Shown: positions 1 to 11,373, numbered from the whole stretch's first letter. The stretch: 63,939 nt of DNA, filler included, from an uncultured Myxococcia bacterium (GCA_964617105.1; 3 parts of 3 records of this genome joined end to end with filler, not necessarily neighbours in it); one strand, 5' to 3'. Translations and numbers: made by a program. Notes: a model not told the origin generated them from the sequence alone.

Positions 1-3000
1 CAATTCACCGGTTACCACCAGGTGAGGCAACTGGCTCAGATCATCCTCCGGCTGTTCAGTGGATAACACGCCGCCGTCCTTGATCCAGACATTACGAAAA
101 ATATGTTTACCCATAATCTTCACTGTGCCCTGCTCGATGATTATATCCTTTTTGTCCCAGGTATAATCAGTAGCGCCGATAGTATCTATCCCTTTGGCCA
201 GCAAATTATTGTTTTCAATGCCAGAAACTGTTACCTGAAAAGATGCCTTGTCTTGGCCGCCTTCAGCATCTTCGGCAGTTATTTCAAAGTTGTACTGTTT
301 ATCTTTATCTGCCTCTTCACCAATAAAAGCAAATACCGCCTTACCACTGGTAGTGACCCCTAAAAGATCCTGCTTGCCAGAGTCATTGGCGCTTAAAGTC
401 TGTTGGGGATGGTAATGAATCTCACCGCCCTCATCAGAAGCATCTACATTCAGGGTCAATGTCCGGCCCAGCAAGACAAACTGCTTAGAGGTTACATTTC
501 GGAGCCGGGGTTTGTTAAGGATACGCACCACGTATTTACCAGTGGTATCGGGCGCCTGCTTGGTGGTATCAACAGCCTTGATCTCAATAGTATAATTGGA
601 ATCCTCAGACGTATCTTTATCTCCATTTATCTTTTTCGCCAACGTATAGGGCACCTTCCAGAAGAGATGACCGATACCATTACCTTTATTTTCGAATTTC
701 ATGCCAGGATGAAGTTGCTTTAAAGTCAATTTAGGTTGGTCATTATTTTTGTTGGTATCAGCGTCAATGGCTTTTACCTGCAAAAAAATCTCTTGGCCTT
801 CGTACGCCGCCAAATCAAAACTCTTCAGCCAATTACCCTGATCATCCTTCTGCCTTTTGATCTCTGGAAATTCGGTAAAAGTAGGGCTGGATGGAGTGCC
901 TTCCACGGCCACCACCCAGGTGGAGGTTACTTTTACGGTTTCCTCCTGGGCGTCTTTGGCAATAGCAGTAACTACATAGGGTGGAAAGAGCCGCTGGGTA
1001 TTACTAAAATCAAACACCGTCAAGGTAGCCACGGTGCGACCCAGATCATCTGCCTTCTGAGAAACCTGAAAATGGGTGTTCTCCTCCAGCCAGTTGGGGG
1101 GAAGTTCTTCGCCAGTATTGGGGTCTTTGATCAAAGAATCGCGAATTTTAAAGGCAAAAACCGGCTTGCTGCCATCTGGATCAGCGGCAATAAACTTACC
1201 AACCACCTGGCCGCCCTTTTCCATGCTGGCTGGTGCCGGCACGCTCACTATCACTGGCGGTGACTCCAAAATGGGAATATTTTGCATGGCCAAAAGCCTT
1301 TTATCCTCGGTTATATGGATATCGTTGATCCCACCGCGTCCAAAGGCTTCGGCGCTTACCTTCACCACTGTTCCCTTGGGGGCATTACTGTTTACCTGCA
1401 GAAAAAAGATGAATTCGCCACTGCTTTTATAGGCCAGAGCCGAGGGGTTGTTACCACCCTGGGTAATATTGAAATGCTGGGATAGATCTTGTCCCTGGTT
1501 ATCAACCAATACCAGATCTACTTTTAATTTGCGCACTTCAACATAGCTGCGGTTGGAAACCTCCACCTTCACTAAAAAGGGTCCTGAGCCCTGAGCAAAA
1601 CTATTGGGCCCCTCTACCTTTGATACCGCCACCTCGGGCATGGGATAACTCTCTTTGTCAGTGGGGTTGGTTCCTGCCAAAATCTCGATATTATTGTTAA
1701 CGCCATCATTGTCAGTATCTTTGTCACACAGATCTCCCTGACCATCGCCATCAATATCTTCCTGGCCGGGATTAAAATTGTAAACACAGTTGTCGCTCAA
1801 GTCACTGAACTTGTCATTATCGCTGTCCAGTGGGCGATCAAACTGATTCAGGGGATCGGACTGAAAATTGGCGCAACTGGTATCATCTTTATCCTGGGGG
1901 TTGATGCACTCGTCCAGATCTTTAAAACCATCGTTGTCATCGTCTTTATCACACACATCCCCCTGATCATCGCTGTCATTGTCTTTCTGGTCTAAGTTTT
2001 TTATCTCAGGACAGTTATCACGCCTATCAGAGATAAAATCGTTGTCTCCATCCTGGGGCAAAGATTCGGCATTAAAAGGATCAGACTGATTGCCCAGCCG
2101 TTCGTCATCATCGCGGTATCCATCGTTGTCATCATCATCATCGCAAATATCACCTAATAGGTCGAAACTAATAGCCACAATCCCTTCTAACTCAGTCTTC
2201 AAAGAAGAATTGTTGCCTATACGGCGGCTCAAATCCCACTGTTCGATACCCAGAGAGTTATCTTTCAACTTTTGTAAACCCAGGGGATTGGCTTTCAGCC
2301 GGGTATAAAACACCTCCCAATCGGTATTTTTCTGGTCAGAATTACGCACCTGGGGACAGTTGTCAAAAGAGTCGGGAATCAGGTCGGCGTCAATATCAGG
2401 CTCACAAGCATCGCCCACACCATTGTCATCAGTATCGGTCTGGGCCTGGTTGGTGCTGGTAGGGCAATTATCACGGCCATCGGAGATAAAATCGCCATCC
2501 CGGTCAGGAGGAGTGGAGTTTTTATCTAAAGGATTGGACTGGAAACTGGCGCAACTGGTGTCATCTGGATTTGACAGGTTATAACATTCATCATCATCCT
2601 TGTATCCATCGTTGTCATCATCATCATCGCAAAGATCTCCAAAACGGTCATAGTCATAATCACCCTGTTCATGATTTTTAACCAGGGGGCAGTTATCAAT
2701 ACGGTCCGAAATAAAATCTTCATCACTGTCAAAGGGTTTGGAACGGTCATCAAAGGGATTAGACTGATTACCCAACTCCTCATCAAAATTGCTGTACCCA
2801 TCGCCATCGATATCCTGATCACACCCATCACCCAATCCATCTTTGTCCAAATCCAACTGATCCCGATTCACTTTTTCACGGCAGTTGTCGTTAAAATCGC
2901 CGATCTTGTCGTTGTCGGTGTCATCAGGAACAGATTCATCGGAAAAGGGGTTACTTATTCCAGTGTGGTCAATGTTCGAGTCAATAAGACAAGTTTCATT

Positions 3001-4074
3001 GATACTTTTATCCTGGGCCGTGCACTCATCAGAGTTAGTATAGCCATCACCATCTATATCCTGATCGCAAAGATCACCCAGGCCATCGCCGTCCAGATCT
3101 TTTTGCTCCGGGTTGGCAATGGTACGGCAGTTGTCACGGCCATCTGGCATAAAATCCTTGTCTTTATCGGCTGGAGTGGATTTAGCATCATTAGGATCAC
3201 TGCCAAAGGTTTTTTCATCAATATCCTGGTAACCATCACCATCCTGATCAAAGTCACACAGATCGCCAATTCCATCGCCATCGGTATCCACCTGATCTTG
3301 GTTGGCGGCTTCGGGACAGTTGTCTTCTCCCGTCAATATCTCATCTCCATCCGGGTCCATCCCCTGGCAAATATCGCCAATACCGTTGAGGTCGCTGTCC
3401 TCTTGCTTAGGATTGGACACCGTGGGACAGTTGTCGCTAGAAAAGGAGATATGATCACCATCATCATCTACCCCGGCCGGAATACTGGAAAAGATTTGCG
3501 ATGCCACCGACAGATTGCCAACCGCATCAGAAGCCCGTACCCGCAAGTAATTTCTCTTGCCCACCACTAAGTGAGATGCCTTATATATTCCTTCCCACTT
3601 GTATTCACCATTGCCTAAATCGGTGATCTTTTTCTCATCCCAAAAGACAAATTGGCTGTTGCTGAAATTAACTCCATCCAAACTATGTAAAAATTTAAAA
3701 CCCGCTATGCCGCTCTTTTGGCAGCACCAGGTAAACTCTACCCGCAAAGAGCGCTCGTATGGACGAGCCCGCACTGCATTGAATGTAATCAATGGCGGGG
3801 TCTGATCTAAAATCATAGAGGCACTAAAAGGGATCGAGGTCCGGCCGGACCGATCGCGAATACGGACAAAAATGTTCTTGTTGCCATCAATACCGGGATC
3901 GGGCAGGGAATATTGCACCCGATTTTTAAACTCCTGCCACACCGCGCTGGAAAAAGCAGTGGTGGTATCCACCTGAAAGGAATCGATACCGCTGCCTAAT
4001 CCATCGCTAACAACCATCGCCATCTCTATATCGGGCTTGGCAGTGGCGGTATGAGATTTCTGGCCGTTCATGAC
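1..4074 (-). CDS. C-terminal portion (>1350 codons, runs off the window edge) of a giant surface protein: Ig-like repeats, about 600 aa of thrombospondin type-3 Ca-binding repeats, then further Ig/cadherin-like domains
   Basis: Not in the ORF track. Manual translation of the minus frame is stop-free from 4074 to 1 and gives e.g. DNCPTVSNPKQEDSDLNGIGDIC and DNCPEAANQDQVDTDGDGIGDLCD. Same frame as 4075-7200, separated only by TAG 4075-4077. A possible restart ATG lies at 4071. Confidence 0.9.
1690..3475 (-). repeat. Tandem thrombospondin type-3 (DxDxDGxGDxCD / DNCPxxxNxxQ) coding repeats
   Basis: About ten recurrences of DNC..N..Q.D.D.DG.GD.CD in the minus-strand translation, interspersed with 'DGYxDxDE...SDP' units. 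Confidence 0.9.
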
Positions 4075-7000
4075 CTATCCCTCTAAAAGGAGAGATTGCA
4101 ACACTGGTGGATGCAGATCCAGAAAAGTTGCAGCCTCCAGGCTGGTTAATATTTTACCGGCAGAATTGTAAAAAGTGACGTTGATCCATTTTTCCCCCTC
4201 GCTGCGGCTAAGTTCTACCACCCTCTTGACTGCTGCTGCCTCCCGTAGCACTTTTCCCCCTTCCAGGTCTCCGGAGATCTCCATCTCCGTGGCGGCAGTA
4301 GGAAGCCCCATAACCAGGGTTATCAGCGGTTTCTGAATATATTCTCCATCTTGCACAGTGACATTACCTTCAGGTTTGAAACCACTGTCAAACTCAATAC
4401 TGTCCTGGGTCACAGTCTGGTTACCAGCCAAATCCAAAGCCTTGAAATAGACGGTCTTGACTCCGCCGCCTTCAGCCAACTTCCAGTTGTGCTGTCCCAG
4501 GCTGTTTATCTCTTTTTGTTCTTTAAAATCGGGCTGGTTGGACAGGTAGAAACGCTTCAGACCCCGATCATCGCTAGCCCGTAAATATAGACGTACATCG
4601 CGGCTGGCGGTCCTGGCCTGACCGCCGTTGATGACCACAGAAACCGAGAAAGGTGGTTTGGTATCCAGGGTGATGGCGCATTCCGCACCTCGATCCAGCC
4701 GGTTGCCTGCCATATCTTCAAATGAGATATACACGCTCTTTTGGCCATCTCCAGCGGGTAGTTGAAAATCCACTTCCGGGTTGGCGGGGTCAAAATCTAG
4801 CCAGGCCGCCCCCCCCATGGGAAGACGACTGGAAAGACGCACCCGCTGCAAGTCATTCTCTTTGCTCAAGATTTTAACTTTGACTTGCCGTTTGTTGGTA
4901 TATCCCGTCCCCTGGTTGATCTGGCAAGTCCCGGCTAGAATCTGGGCATCCCAGATGATACCAGCAGAGAAAATTTTACTGACATTACCAGCAGTATCTT
5001 TTATTTGAGCGTACAGGTTTTTTGGACCCTGGGGCTCTTTAAAAATATAGTTAAATACACTCACAAAAGATTGAAACTCCTGTTTCAACAACTCCTGGGC
5101 ATCTTCAGAATAGCGGAGTTCGGCCGCTGCCAACCCCTCCATATCCTGGACAAAAATACGCACTTCTACCTGTCCACGGGGGTCGCCAGTATAGGCAGAG
5201 CCGCCGTCCAGCACCATCTCGGTACGAGGAACTTTTTGAGCATAATAGAGGGTTTCTCTATGCACGTTGGAGATATTTCCGGCCTGGTCAAAAAAGCGGC
5301 AAAATACGGTTTTAATACCTTCCCCTTCCGACAATTGAAATGCCACCAGGCTCTGGTAATTACCCTTTTGATAACCGCTGGGATTACTGGCGGAAAAATT
5401 TGGAGCACCTTCCGCCAACTCGTATCCATCAGCCCCAGAGGCATTAAGTTTAAAAAAGATATCACGATCTTTTACCACTTTGACCGGGCGGGGAGTACCC
5501 TGGGTGTCGGCAAGCAGGATAGCATCGGTGGCTGACGGTTGGGGAGGCACGGTATCTAATTTTATTGAACTACTGGCAGTGGCCACATTGCTGGCTTTAT
5601 CAATGGCACAGAGGGTGACATTTTTGTCACCATCGCCCGCCTCCAGCAAAAAGCGAACCTTTGGTTCTATAGGACGATATTTGGCGTGGCTGCAATCCTT
5701 TAGGCCATTTAATAGATCGTAATGACTGGCTTTCTCAACCCCCAATTCCACATCTATATCCAACACGTTTACCGCAGATGAACCTTGAGCCAAACGGGGA
5801 AAACCGGTTTTTATCACCGGTGCCTGGCTGTCGTATTCAAACTCCACCTTAACGGTTTCAGAAATATTGCCAGCCAAATCCGATACCCGGGCATAAACGG
5901 TTTTTGGCTCATCCACCACCTTTGCGCTGGTAGCATCCTGCTGTAAAAAATAGGCAACACTGTCAATATAGGGTCGAGATTGAACATCTTTTAACACTTC
6001 TTCATCGGCCAGGTCTTTTTCACTCAACCAAAGAAGATGAATAGCGGTTAAATTATCGGAGGAATCCAACAACAACCCCACCGGACTATCATTCACCGCC
6101 TCTTTATCTTCGGCAACAGACAATTTCTCAATTTGGGGAACGGTTTGATCAAGAGTTACCACTCCAATATAAACTTTGCTCTCTTGACAATAGCGGTCAC
6201 GAAACTTGACATAAATCAGTTTTTTACCATCCCCTTCACTCAGAGTAAACTCGTGTTCCGCCTTATACTCCAGCCATTCCTTCTCGGGAATAACCTCATC
6301 TTCTTTGATCTCATCTTCCCTTACCAGCATTCTGTCAACCGCTTCGCCAAAAGCGTAGAGCGAAAGCACCACCTGGCTCTCTTTGGTATATTCCACCAAC
6401 TTTAAAGATTTATCTTCCTGTCTCAGTTTTACCTCTACCACGCCGGTAACCTTGCGCAACTTCAAATCGCTCATAGTGGAAGTTTTTTCCTCTTGCACAG
6501 TGACAGTCTTATTGTTGCCCTGGTCTGGGGCATAATTATTTTTTGAAGTTTGAACCTGATAATCACCTGCGGGAATACCACTTAGATAAAAAGAGCCATC
6601 GGGATTACTAATGGCAGAGTAAGAACGGCGGGTGAGGTCAATGGCGGCAGGTACACAACCACTACCACCCTGTTCATCGTCTGCCTGTAATTTTCCAACT
6701 GTCAGCGCCTGGGCTGATGAACCGGTAACCTGACGAATAAAAGTTACTCTTGCCCCCTGGCGATCAACTTCTGACAGGCCATTCTCATCAAAAAGGAAAA
6801 CAAACCCCCGGCTGGAGCCTATCTTGTTCTGTAGAACCCGTTCACCAATATTCATTAGTCTATCAATTTCGATCTCCACCTGCTCGGTGTGCTCCCGGTA
6901 ACCTTCCCGTGACACGGTTACAGTGTACTTATCAGGAGTAAGACCAGTGATATGAAACTCTCCCTGAGTGTCAGTGGTTACTTCTTTGGTTTCCAGGGTG

Positions 7001-7200
7001 GAAGTTAGTCTAACTGTAGTGCCCAGGGGAGGAAGTTGATCCTGAAGCACAATTTTTCCCTTTAGGCTCCCCTTCTTTTGAAAGACTGTTTTTGCCTTTG
7101 CATCAAAGGGGTTATCCCGCTGCTCATCGGTGATACAGGAGAAAAAATTACTTGAAAACAAAAAACACAATACTAAAATTAAAAAGTTCTTTTTTTGCAT
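4075..7200 (-). CDS. N-terminal portion of giant surface lipoprotein (carboxypeptidase-regulatory-like domains followed by Ig-like 'GxGxKxVYxxxxDxAGN' repeats)
   Basis: ATG 7200 with AGAGGA RBS. Lipoprotein-type signal MQKKNFLILVLCFLFSSNFFSC. Repeated motifs GDGKKLIYVKFRD, GEGIKTVFCRFFDQAGN, GDGQKSVYISFEDMAGN, GGGVKTVYFKALDLAGN. Ends at a TAG in mid-repeat. Confidence 0.85.
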   Translation of the reverse strand: MQKKNFLILVLCFLFSSNFFSCITDEQRDNPFDAKAKTVFQKKGSLKGKIVLQDQLPPLGTTVRLTSTLETKEVTTDTQGEFHITGLTPDKYTVTVSREGYREHTEQVEIEIDRLMNIGERVLQNKIGSSRGFVFLFDENGLSEVDRQGARVTFIRQVTGSSAQALTVGKLQADDEQGGSGCVPAAIDLTRRSYSAISNPDGSFYLSGIPAGDYQVQTSKNNYAPDQGNNKTVTVQEEKTSTMSDLKLRKVTGVVEVKLRQEDKSLKLVEYTKESQVVLSLYAFGEAVDRMLVREDEIKEDEVIPEKEWLEYKAEHEFTLSEGDGKKLIYVKFRDRYCQESKVYIGVVTLDQTVPQIEKLSVAEDKEAVNDSPVGLLLDSSDNLTAIHLLWLSEKDLADEEVLKDVQSRPYIDSVAYFLQQDATSAKVVDEPKTVYARVSDLAGNISETVKVEFEYDSQAPVIKTGFPRLAQGSSAVNVLDIDVELGVEKASHYDLLNGLKDCSHAKYRPIEPKVRFLLEAGDGDKNVTLCAIDKASNVATASSSIKLDTVPPQPSATDAILLADTQGTPRPVKVVKDRDIFFKLNASGADGYELAEGAPNFSASNPSGYQKGNYQSLVAFQLSEGEGIKTVFCRFFDQAGNISNVHRETLYYAQKVPRTEMVLDGGSAYTGDPRGQVEVRIFVQDMEGLAAAELRYSEDAQELLKQEFQSFVSVFNYIFKEPQGPKNLYAQIKDTAGNVSKIFSAGIIWDAQILAGTCQINQGTGYTNKRQVKVKILSKENDLQRVRLSSRLPMGGAAWLDFDPANPEVDFQLPAGDGQKSVYISFEDMAGNRLDRGAECAITLDTKPPFSVSVVINGGQARTASRDVRLYLRASDDRGLKRFYLSNQPDFKEQKEINSLGQHNWKLAEGGGVKTVYFKALDLAGNQTVTQDSIEFDSGFKPEGNVTVQDGEYIQKPLITLVMGLPTAATEMEISGDLEGGKVLREAAAVKRVVELSRSEGEKWINVTFYNSAGKILTSLEAATFLDLHPPVLQSLLLEG

Positions 7201-7340
7201 GGTGTTCCTCTCTAATGTCCATCTAAAAATTAACTGGTATCTCAATTTTTTACCGAACCTGTTAATATACTACATTCAGTATAGTTTTTGTATGGTTTTT
7301 TTGCCCAATTCGAGACCAGATATTTTAGTCTTACTGATTA

Positions 7341-7369
7341 TTGACAACAATACCGATTTTTATTATACT
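7341..7369 (+). promoter_or_regulatory. sigma70 promoter TTGACA-17-TATACT upstream of the V4R gene
   Basis: Near-consensus hexamers with 17-nt spacer, about 55 nt before the RBS/ATG. Confidence 0.7.
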
Positions 7370-7422
7370 TAATGATAATTGGATTGGTAGCGACTAACCC
7401 TAATATTAGTCTGCAAGGAGAA

Positions 7423-7944
7423 ATGATGATTAATAATATTATAAAATTTTTAAATTATGATGAAGCCACCGCTTCCTTAACCTACCATAAAGAGCGAATG
7501 TTCCTTTTGCATGCTAATGTATTAGCGGAAATTTTGGCCTCTTTCTCCGAATTTGCCCAGGAAATAGACACGGAGAAGGTTAAACAAATACTTTACTCCA
7601 TCGGCTTCAACTATGGCAGCCGCTTAGCAGAACGTTATACTGCCCAGGTTGAAGGCGGCGGCAAGTTTATCGCTTTTATGTGCCGGATTACCAGAGAGAT
7701 GGGTTTAGGCAATTTCGAACCGGTAGAACTGGACTGGCAAGGAAAACAGTTGACCTTTGAAGTTACCAACTCGGTTCTGGTCCAGGAAAATTATCAAGAA
7801 TTAAAAATAAATCCCTGCGCCTTTTTTAAAGGCTTTTTAGCCGGCATCAGTGAGGCGATATTTGAGGGAAAAAAAACAGTAGAAGAGATCGAATGCGTCA
7901 ACAACGGAGACCCTTCCTGTATCTTTATTATCAAACAATCCTGA
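7423..7944 (+). CDS. V4R (4-vinyl reductase) / XylR-N-like small ligand-binding protein
   Basis: RMFLL, GLG, PCAFFKGFLAG, EIECVNNGDPSCIF motifs; AAGGAG RBS before ATG 7423/7426. Confidence 0.85.
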   Translation: MMINNIIKFLNYDEATASLTYHKERMFLLHANVLAEILASFSEFAQEIDTEKVKQILYSIGFNYGSRLAERYTAQVEGGGKFIAFMCRITREMGLGNFEPVELDWQGKQLTFEVTNSVLVQENYQELKINPCAFFKGFLAGISEAIFEGKKTVEEIECVNNGDPSCIFIIKQS

Positions 7945-7991
7945 TTCCGATATCCTTCAACATAAAATCAACATTGGCCCGGGGAACGAGT

Positions 7992-10595
7992 ATGACTCTG
8001 AAAAGTAATACCCATTTTGTCCTCCCAGCATTAAAATGCCGGAAATTCTTTCCGTTCTTAAATCTGCTCATCTTCCTGGCCATAATCTCTCTTCTCTCCT
8101 GCGGAGTGAGGTCTGGTGGGCTCCCGTCTGATACTGGAGGCAATGTCAACAAGAACGATGGGGGAACTATTGACCCCAACGTAAACGATGGAGGCCTCCC
8201 GGCCGACAACGACTCCCCCTCTATTGACGACTCTACTTCCACTGGAGGTCAAAAAGAAAAAGAGATCCAGTGCAACTTTAGTTTTCCCTCTTCCATTCAG
8301 GGATGCCAGGTTATTGATGGCGATCAATCCCTGCTGCTGGCCGGCAATGTTTTAGCGCCCGATGCTGTCTATAGAGGTGGCCAGGTATTGGTAAACCAAT
8401 CGGGAAAAATAACCTGTGTCGGCTGTGACTGCTCTACCCAAACAGTTAGCGCTACCAAGATACTTTGCCCCAATGGCATGATCGCCCCGGCCTGGATAAA
8501 TGCTCACGATCATATCACTTTTACCCTAATGCACCCGGCGGATCATGGCATGGAGCGGTATGAACACCGCCACGATTGGCGCAAGGCCAAACGCGGACAT
8601 ACTAAAATATCAGCATCTTCCGACCGCAGCAACAACGCGATTATCTGGGGCGAAATCCGCAATATTATAAGCGGCACAGTGTCTATCGCCGGCTCTGGTG
8701 GGGCTAAGGGGTTATTGCGCAACCTGGACCGGGATAATGAAGGTCTGGGAGTAGCCAGCCTCAAATACACCACTTTTCCCCTGGGCGACAGTTCGGGAAA
8801 ACTTCTCAGCAACTCCTGTGATTACGGCAAAATTGACAGCCGTGATGCCATGGACAAATATTCAGCCTATATCCCTCATGTAGCCGAAGGAATTGACCCG
8901 GAAGCACACAATGAATTTACCTGCGTAAGTTCCACCCAAAAAGGTGGACACGACCTGATTATGCCCACCAGCGCCTTTATCCACTGTGTAGGCTGCGACC
9001 CGGCGGATATTGGGATAATGGCTGCCGGCCAGACTTCTTTGATCTGGTCGCCCCGAAGCAATATTGACCTTTACGGACATACTGCCCAGACCCCTATTTT
9101 TAATCGGATGGGAGTTAATATCTCCCTGGGTACAGACTGGACCGCCTCTGGCTCCATGAATATGCTCAGAGAGTTGGATTGCGCTGTTTTCCTAAACGAA
9201 AATTACTACAACCGTTATTTTTCCGATAAGCAGTTGTTTGACATGGCCACTGCCAATTCGGCCAGAGCCTGTGGCGTGGCCCTGAAAACCGGCGCCCTGA
9301 AAAAAGACCTGTGGGCCGATATCTCTATCTACGATTGCCGTGGCGACTGCGGGTATGGCGAGGCTATCCGCACTAAGTTAAAAGATGTGGCTCTGGTAAT
9401 GCGGGCCGGTAAAACCCTGTACGGCGAAGCATCAATTATCGAGGCGCTTTTAGGAAGAGATGGACAGGCCTGTGATAAAATCGACCTGTGCGGCTCAGCC
9501 AAGCGACTGTGTCTAAAAAGTGATTATCCCATCGACCTCCCCACCCTGCGAAGCAACCTGACAGCTAAAAGTCCTTATCCTCTATTTTTCTGTGATACGC
9601 CAGAGAGAGAGCCAAGTTGTGTGCCCTTCCGCCAGGGAGAGTTCAGCGGCCAGAGCACCAGCGATGATAAAGACGCCGATGGTATCCCCAACCAGCAAGA
9701 CTCCTGCCCCAGCATGTTTAATCCTAAACGTCCCATGTCGGACAACCTACAACCAGATCACGATCAGGACGGAGTGGGAGATATCTGCGATCCCTGCCCT
9801 TTACAGGCCAATACCAGCCAATGCAGCAGCATAAACTTGTCTGACCGGGATAGCGATGGCCTTGACAATGACCAGGACAACTGCCCTCAAGTGAAAAATC
9901 CTGACCAGGCTGACAAGGATGGCGATAAAATTGGTGACGTCTGCGATCTGTGCCCGGAGCAACCTAATGCCAGTGGCGGTGCCTGTGCTTTTTCCATCGC
10001 CGCTATTCGCGATCCCAAGCACCCCAAGCATCCAGCCGAAGGTAGCAAAGTAGCAGTAAAAGATGTGGTGGTTACAGCTGTCAAAGCGGTTGAGGGAAAG
10101 AATAGCAACGGTTTTTGGGTCCAGGACAAAACGGGTGGCCCATACAGTGGCATTTTTGTCTATACCGGTTCCAAATTGGCCAAAGATTTAGGCTTTGGAA
10201 TGGTGGTTGACCTGGAGGGGATTTACAAAGAGTACTACGATCTGGCCGAAATAACCGATGTCACTTACACTGTCAAGCAAGGGCTACAAACCCCCATTCC
10301 GATTATAGTAAAACCAGATGAAGTTGGCACCGGCGGCAGTAAAGCAGAGGCATACGAATCGCTATTTGTAAAGGTAGAAAACGTAAAGGTGACCCAACAA
10401 AACCCAGATGAACCCAATAATTACGGTGATTTTATGGTAGATGAAAAATTGCGGATATCTAACTTGATTATCCCAGACTATAAGCAACCACAAACTGAGA
10501 CTGTTTTTAAATCGATCACCGGGATTCTCTATTACGCATACAGCAATAGCAAACTCTGTCCCCGACAGATATCAGATCTAGATCTGGTTCAATAA
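7992..10595 (+). CDS. Lipoprotein: amidohydrolase-superfamily metal-dependent hydrolase + TSP3 repeats + C-terminal OB-fold-like domain
   Basis: LLSC lipobox; PAWINAHDH, HVAEG, FIHCVG, LGTDW metal motifs; DKDADGIPNQQDSCP repeats; GFWVQD...YSGIFVY C-terminal domain. Start uncertain (ORF track 7893). Confidence 0.85.
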   Translation: MTLKSNTHFVLPALKCRKFFPFLNLLIFLAIISLLSCGVRSGGLPSDTGGNVNKNDGGTIDPNVNDGGLPADNDSPSIDDSTSTGGQKEKEIQCNFSFPSSIQGCQVIDGDQSLLLAGNVLAPDAVYRGGQVLVNQSGKITCVGCDCSTQTVSATKILCPNGMIAPAWINAHDHITFTLMHPADHGMERYEHRHDWRKAKRGHTKISASSDRSNNAIIWGEIRNIISGTVSIAGSGGAKGLLRNLDRDNEGLGVASLKYTTFPLGDSSGKLLSNSCDYGKIDSRDAMDKYSAYIPHVAEGIDPEAHNEFTCVSSTQKGGHDLIMPTSAFIHCVGCDPADIGIMAAGQTSLIWSPRSNIDLYGHTAQTPIFNRMGVNISLGTDWTASGSMNMLRELDCAVFLNENYYNRYFSDKQLFDMATANSARACGVALKTGALKKDLWADISIYDCRGDCGYGEAIRTKLKDVALVMRAGKTLYGEASIIEALLGRDGQACDKIDLCGSAKRLCLKSDYPIDLPTLRSNLTAKSPYPLFFCDTPEREPSCVPFRQGEFSGQSTSDDKDADGIPNQQDSCPSMFNPKRPMSDNLQPDHDQDGVGDICDPCPLQANTSQCSSINLSDRDSDGLDNDQDNCPQVKNPDQADKDGDKIGDVCDLCPEQPNASGGACAFSIAAIRDPKHPKHPAEGSKVAVKDVVVTAVKAVEGKNSNGFWVQDKTGGPYSGIFVYTGSKLAKDLGFGMVVDLEGIYKEYYDLAEITDVTYTVKQGLQTPIPIIVKPDEVGTGGSKAEAYESLFVKVENVKVTQQNPDEPNNYGDFMVDEKLRISNLIIPDYKQPQTETVFKSITGILYYAYSNSKLCPRQISDLDLVQ

Positions 10596-10646
10596 ATAAT
10601 CGGGCAACGAGAACGGCGCATCACCCAATCTAAATTTGGATTGTCT

Positions 10647-11129
10647 TTATTTTTTTATCTTGAGGATCTCTTCTACCTGAGGCTGGTTCTCCAAATTCTG
10701 AATCCCCTCCAGTACCGGAAACTTCAAGGGAAGTTCCTGGTCTAAGATAACATACTGCATGGCTTTTAGATTGACCAAATTGATGATCAAGGGAGCGCGT
10801 AAATTTGCCGTCATCTTGGTGGGATCCTCTGGAATAGCAACCATTAATGCCACCAGAAGCTCATTATTATCCCCTTGATTTAAAATAGTGGTCAATTCGG
10901 ACCACTTGATTGATATCTGGTAATCCCTTTTAAAATTACCTGGCTCACAAATCACAAAAGCCACGCCAGAATCTTCGGCAGATTGCAGCCATTTGAATGG
11001 AGATCCAGGAGCATGGTCCAGGATAAAATATTTTCTCAACTTAGCAAAACCTAAAATCCCTTGTCCCATAGAGATTATCATATCATCGGCTATTTCTACC
11101 TGGCCGAATCGAGTTGTATCGTATTTCAC
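10647..11129 (-). CDS. fliW: Flagellar assembly factor FliW (CsrA antagonist)
   Basis: TTRFGQVEI, GILGF, FKWLQS, MTANLRAPLIIN motifs; adjacent to csrA. Confidence 0.95.
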   Translation of the reverse strand: MKYDTTRFGQVEIADDMIISMGQGILGFAKLRKYFILDHAPGSPFKWLQSAEDSGVAFVICEPGNFKRDYQISIKWSELTTILNQGDNNELLVALMVAIPEDPTKMTANLRAPLIINLVNLKAMQYVILDQELPLKFPVLEGIQNLENQPQVEEILKIKK

Positions 11130-11139
11130 AAGGACCTCC

Positions 11140-11373
11140 TCAATTCTTTTTTAGAATTTCAGCCAATTTGCCCAAATCCAAATTGGATTCTGTGCCAGCC
11201 GCTTCACGGTTTTGATTTTGAATTTGTTCCCACAACTCTTCCCGGCAAACAAATAATTCTCTGGGTGCATTTATCCCTATTCTCACCTGCCGCCCCTTTA
11301 TCTCTTTCACCACAATTTGGATCTCATCCCCAATTCGGATACTTTCTCCCAATTTCCGCGTTAGAGTCAACAT
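11140..11373 (-). CDS. csrA: Carbon storage regulator CsrA
   Basis: MLTLTRKLGESIRIGDEI...QVRIGINAP...REE signature. Confidence 0.97.
   Translation of the reverse strand: MLTLTRKLGESIRIGDEIQIVVKEIKGRQVRIGINAPRELFVCREELWEQIQNQNREAAGTESNLDLGKLAEILKKN

Noticed and set aside
103-3805. Plus-strand ORFs such as 2671-3570 (299 aa) and 736-1263
   Set aside because: Antisense shadows of the Asp-rich minus-strand adhesin frame; no protein-like motifs.
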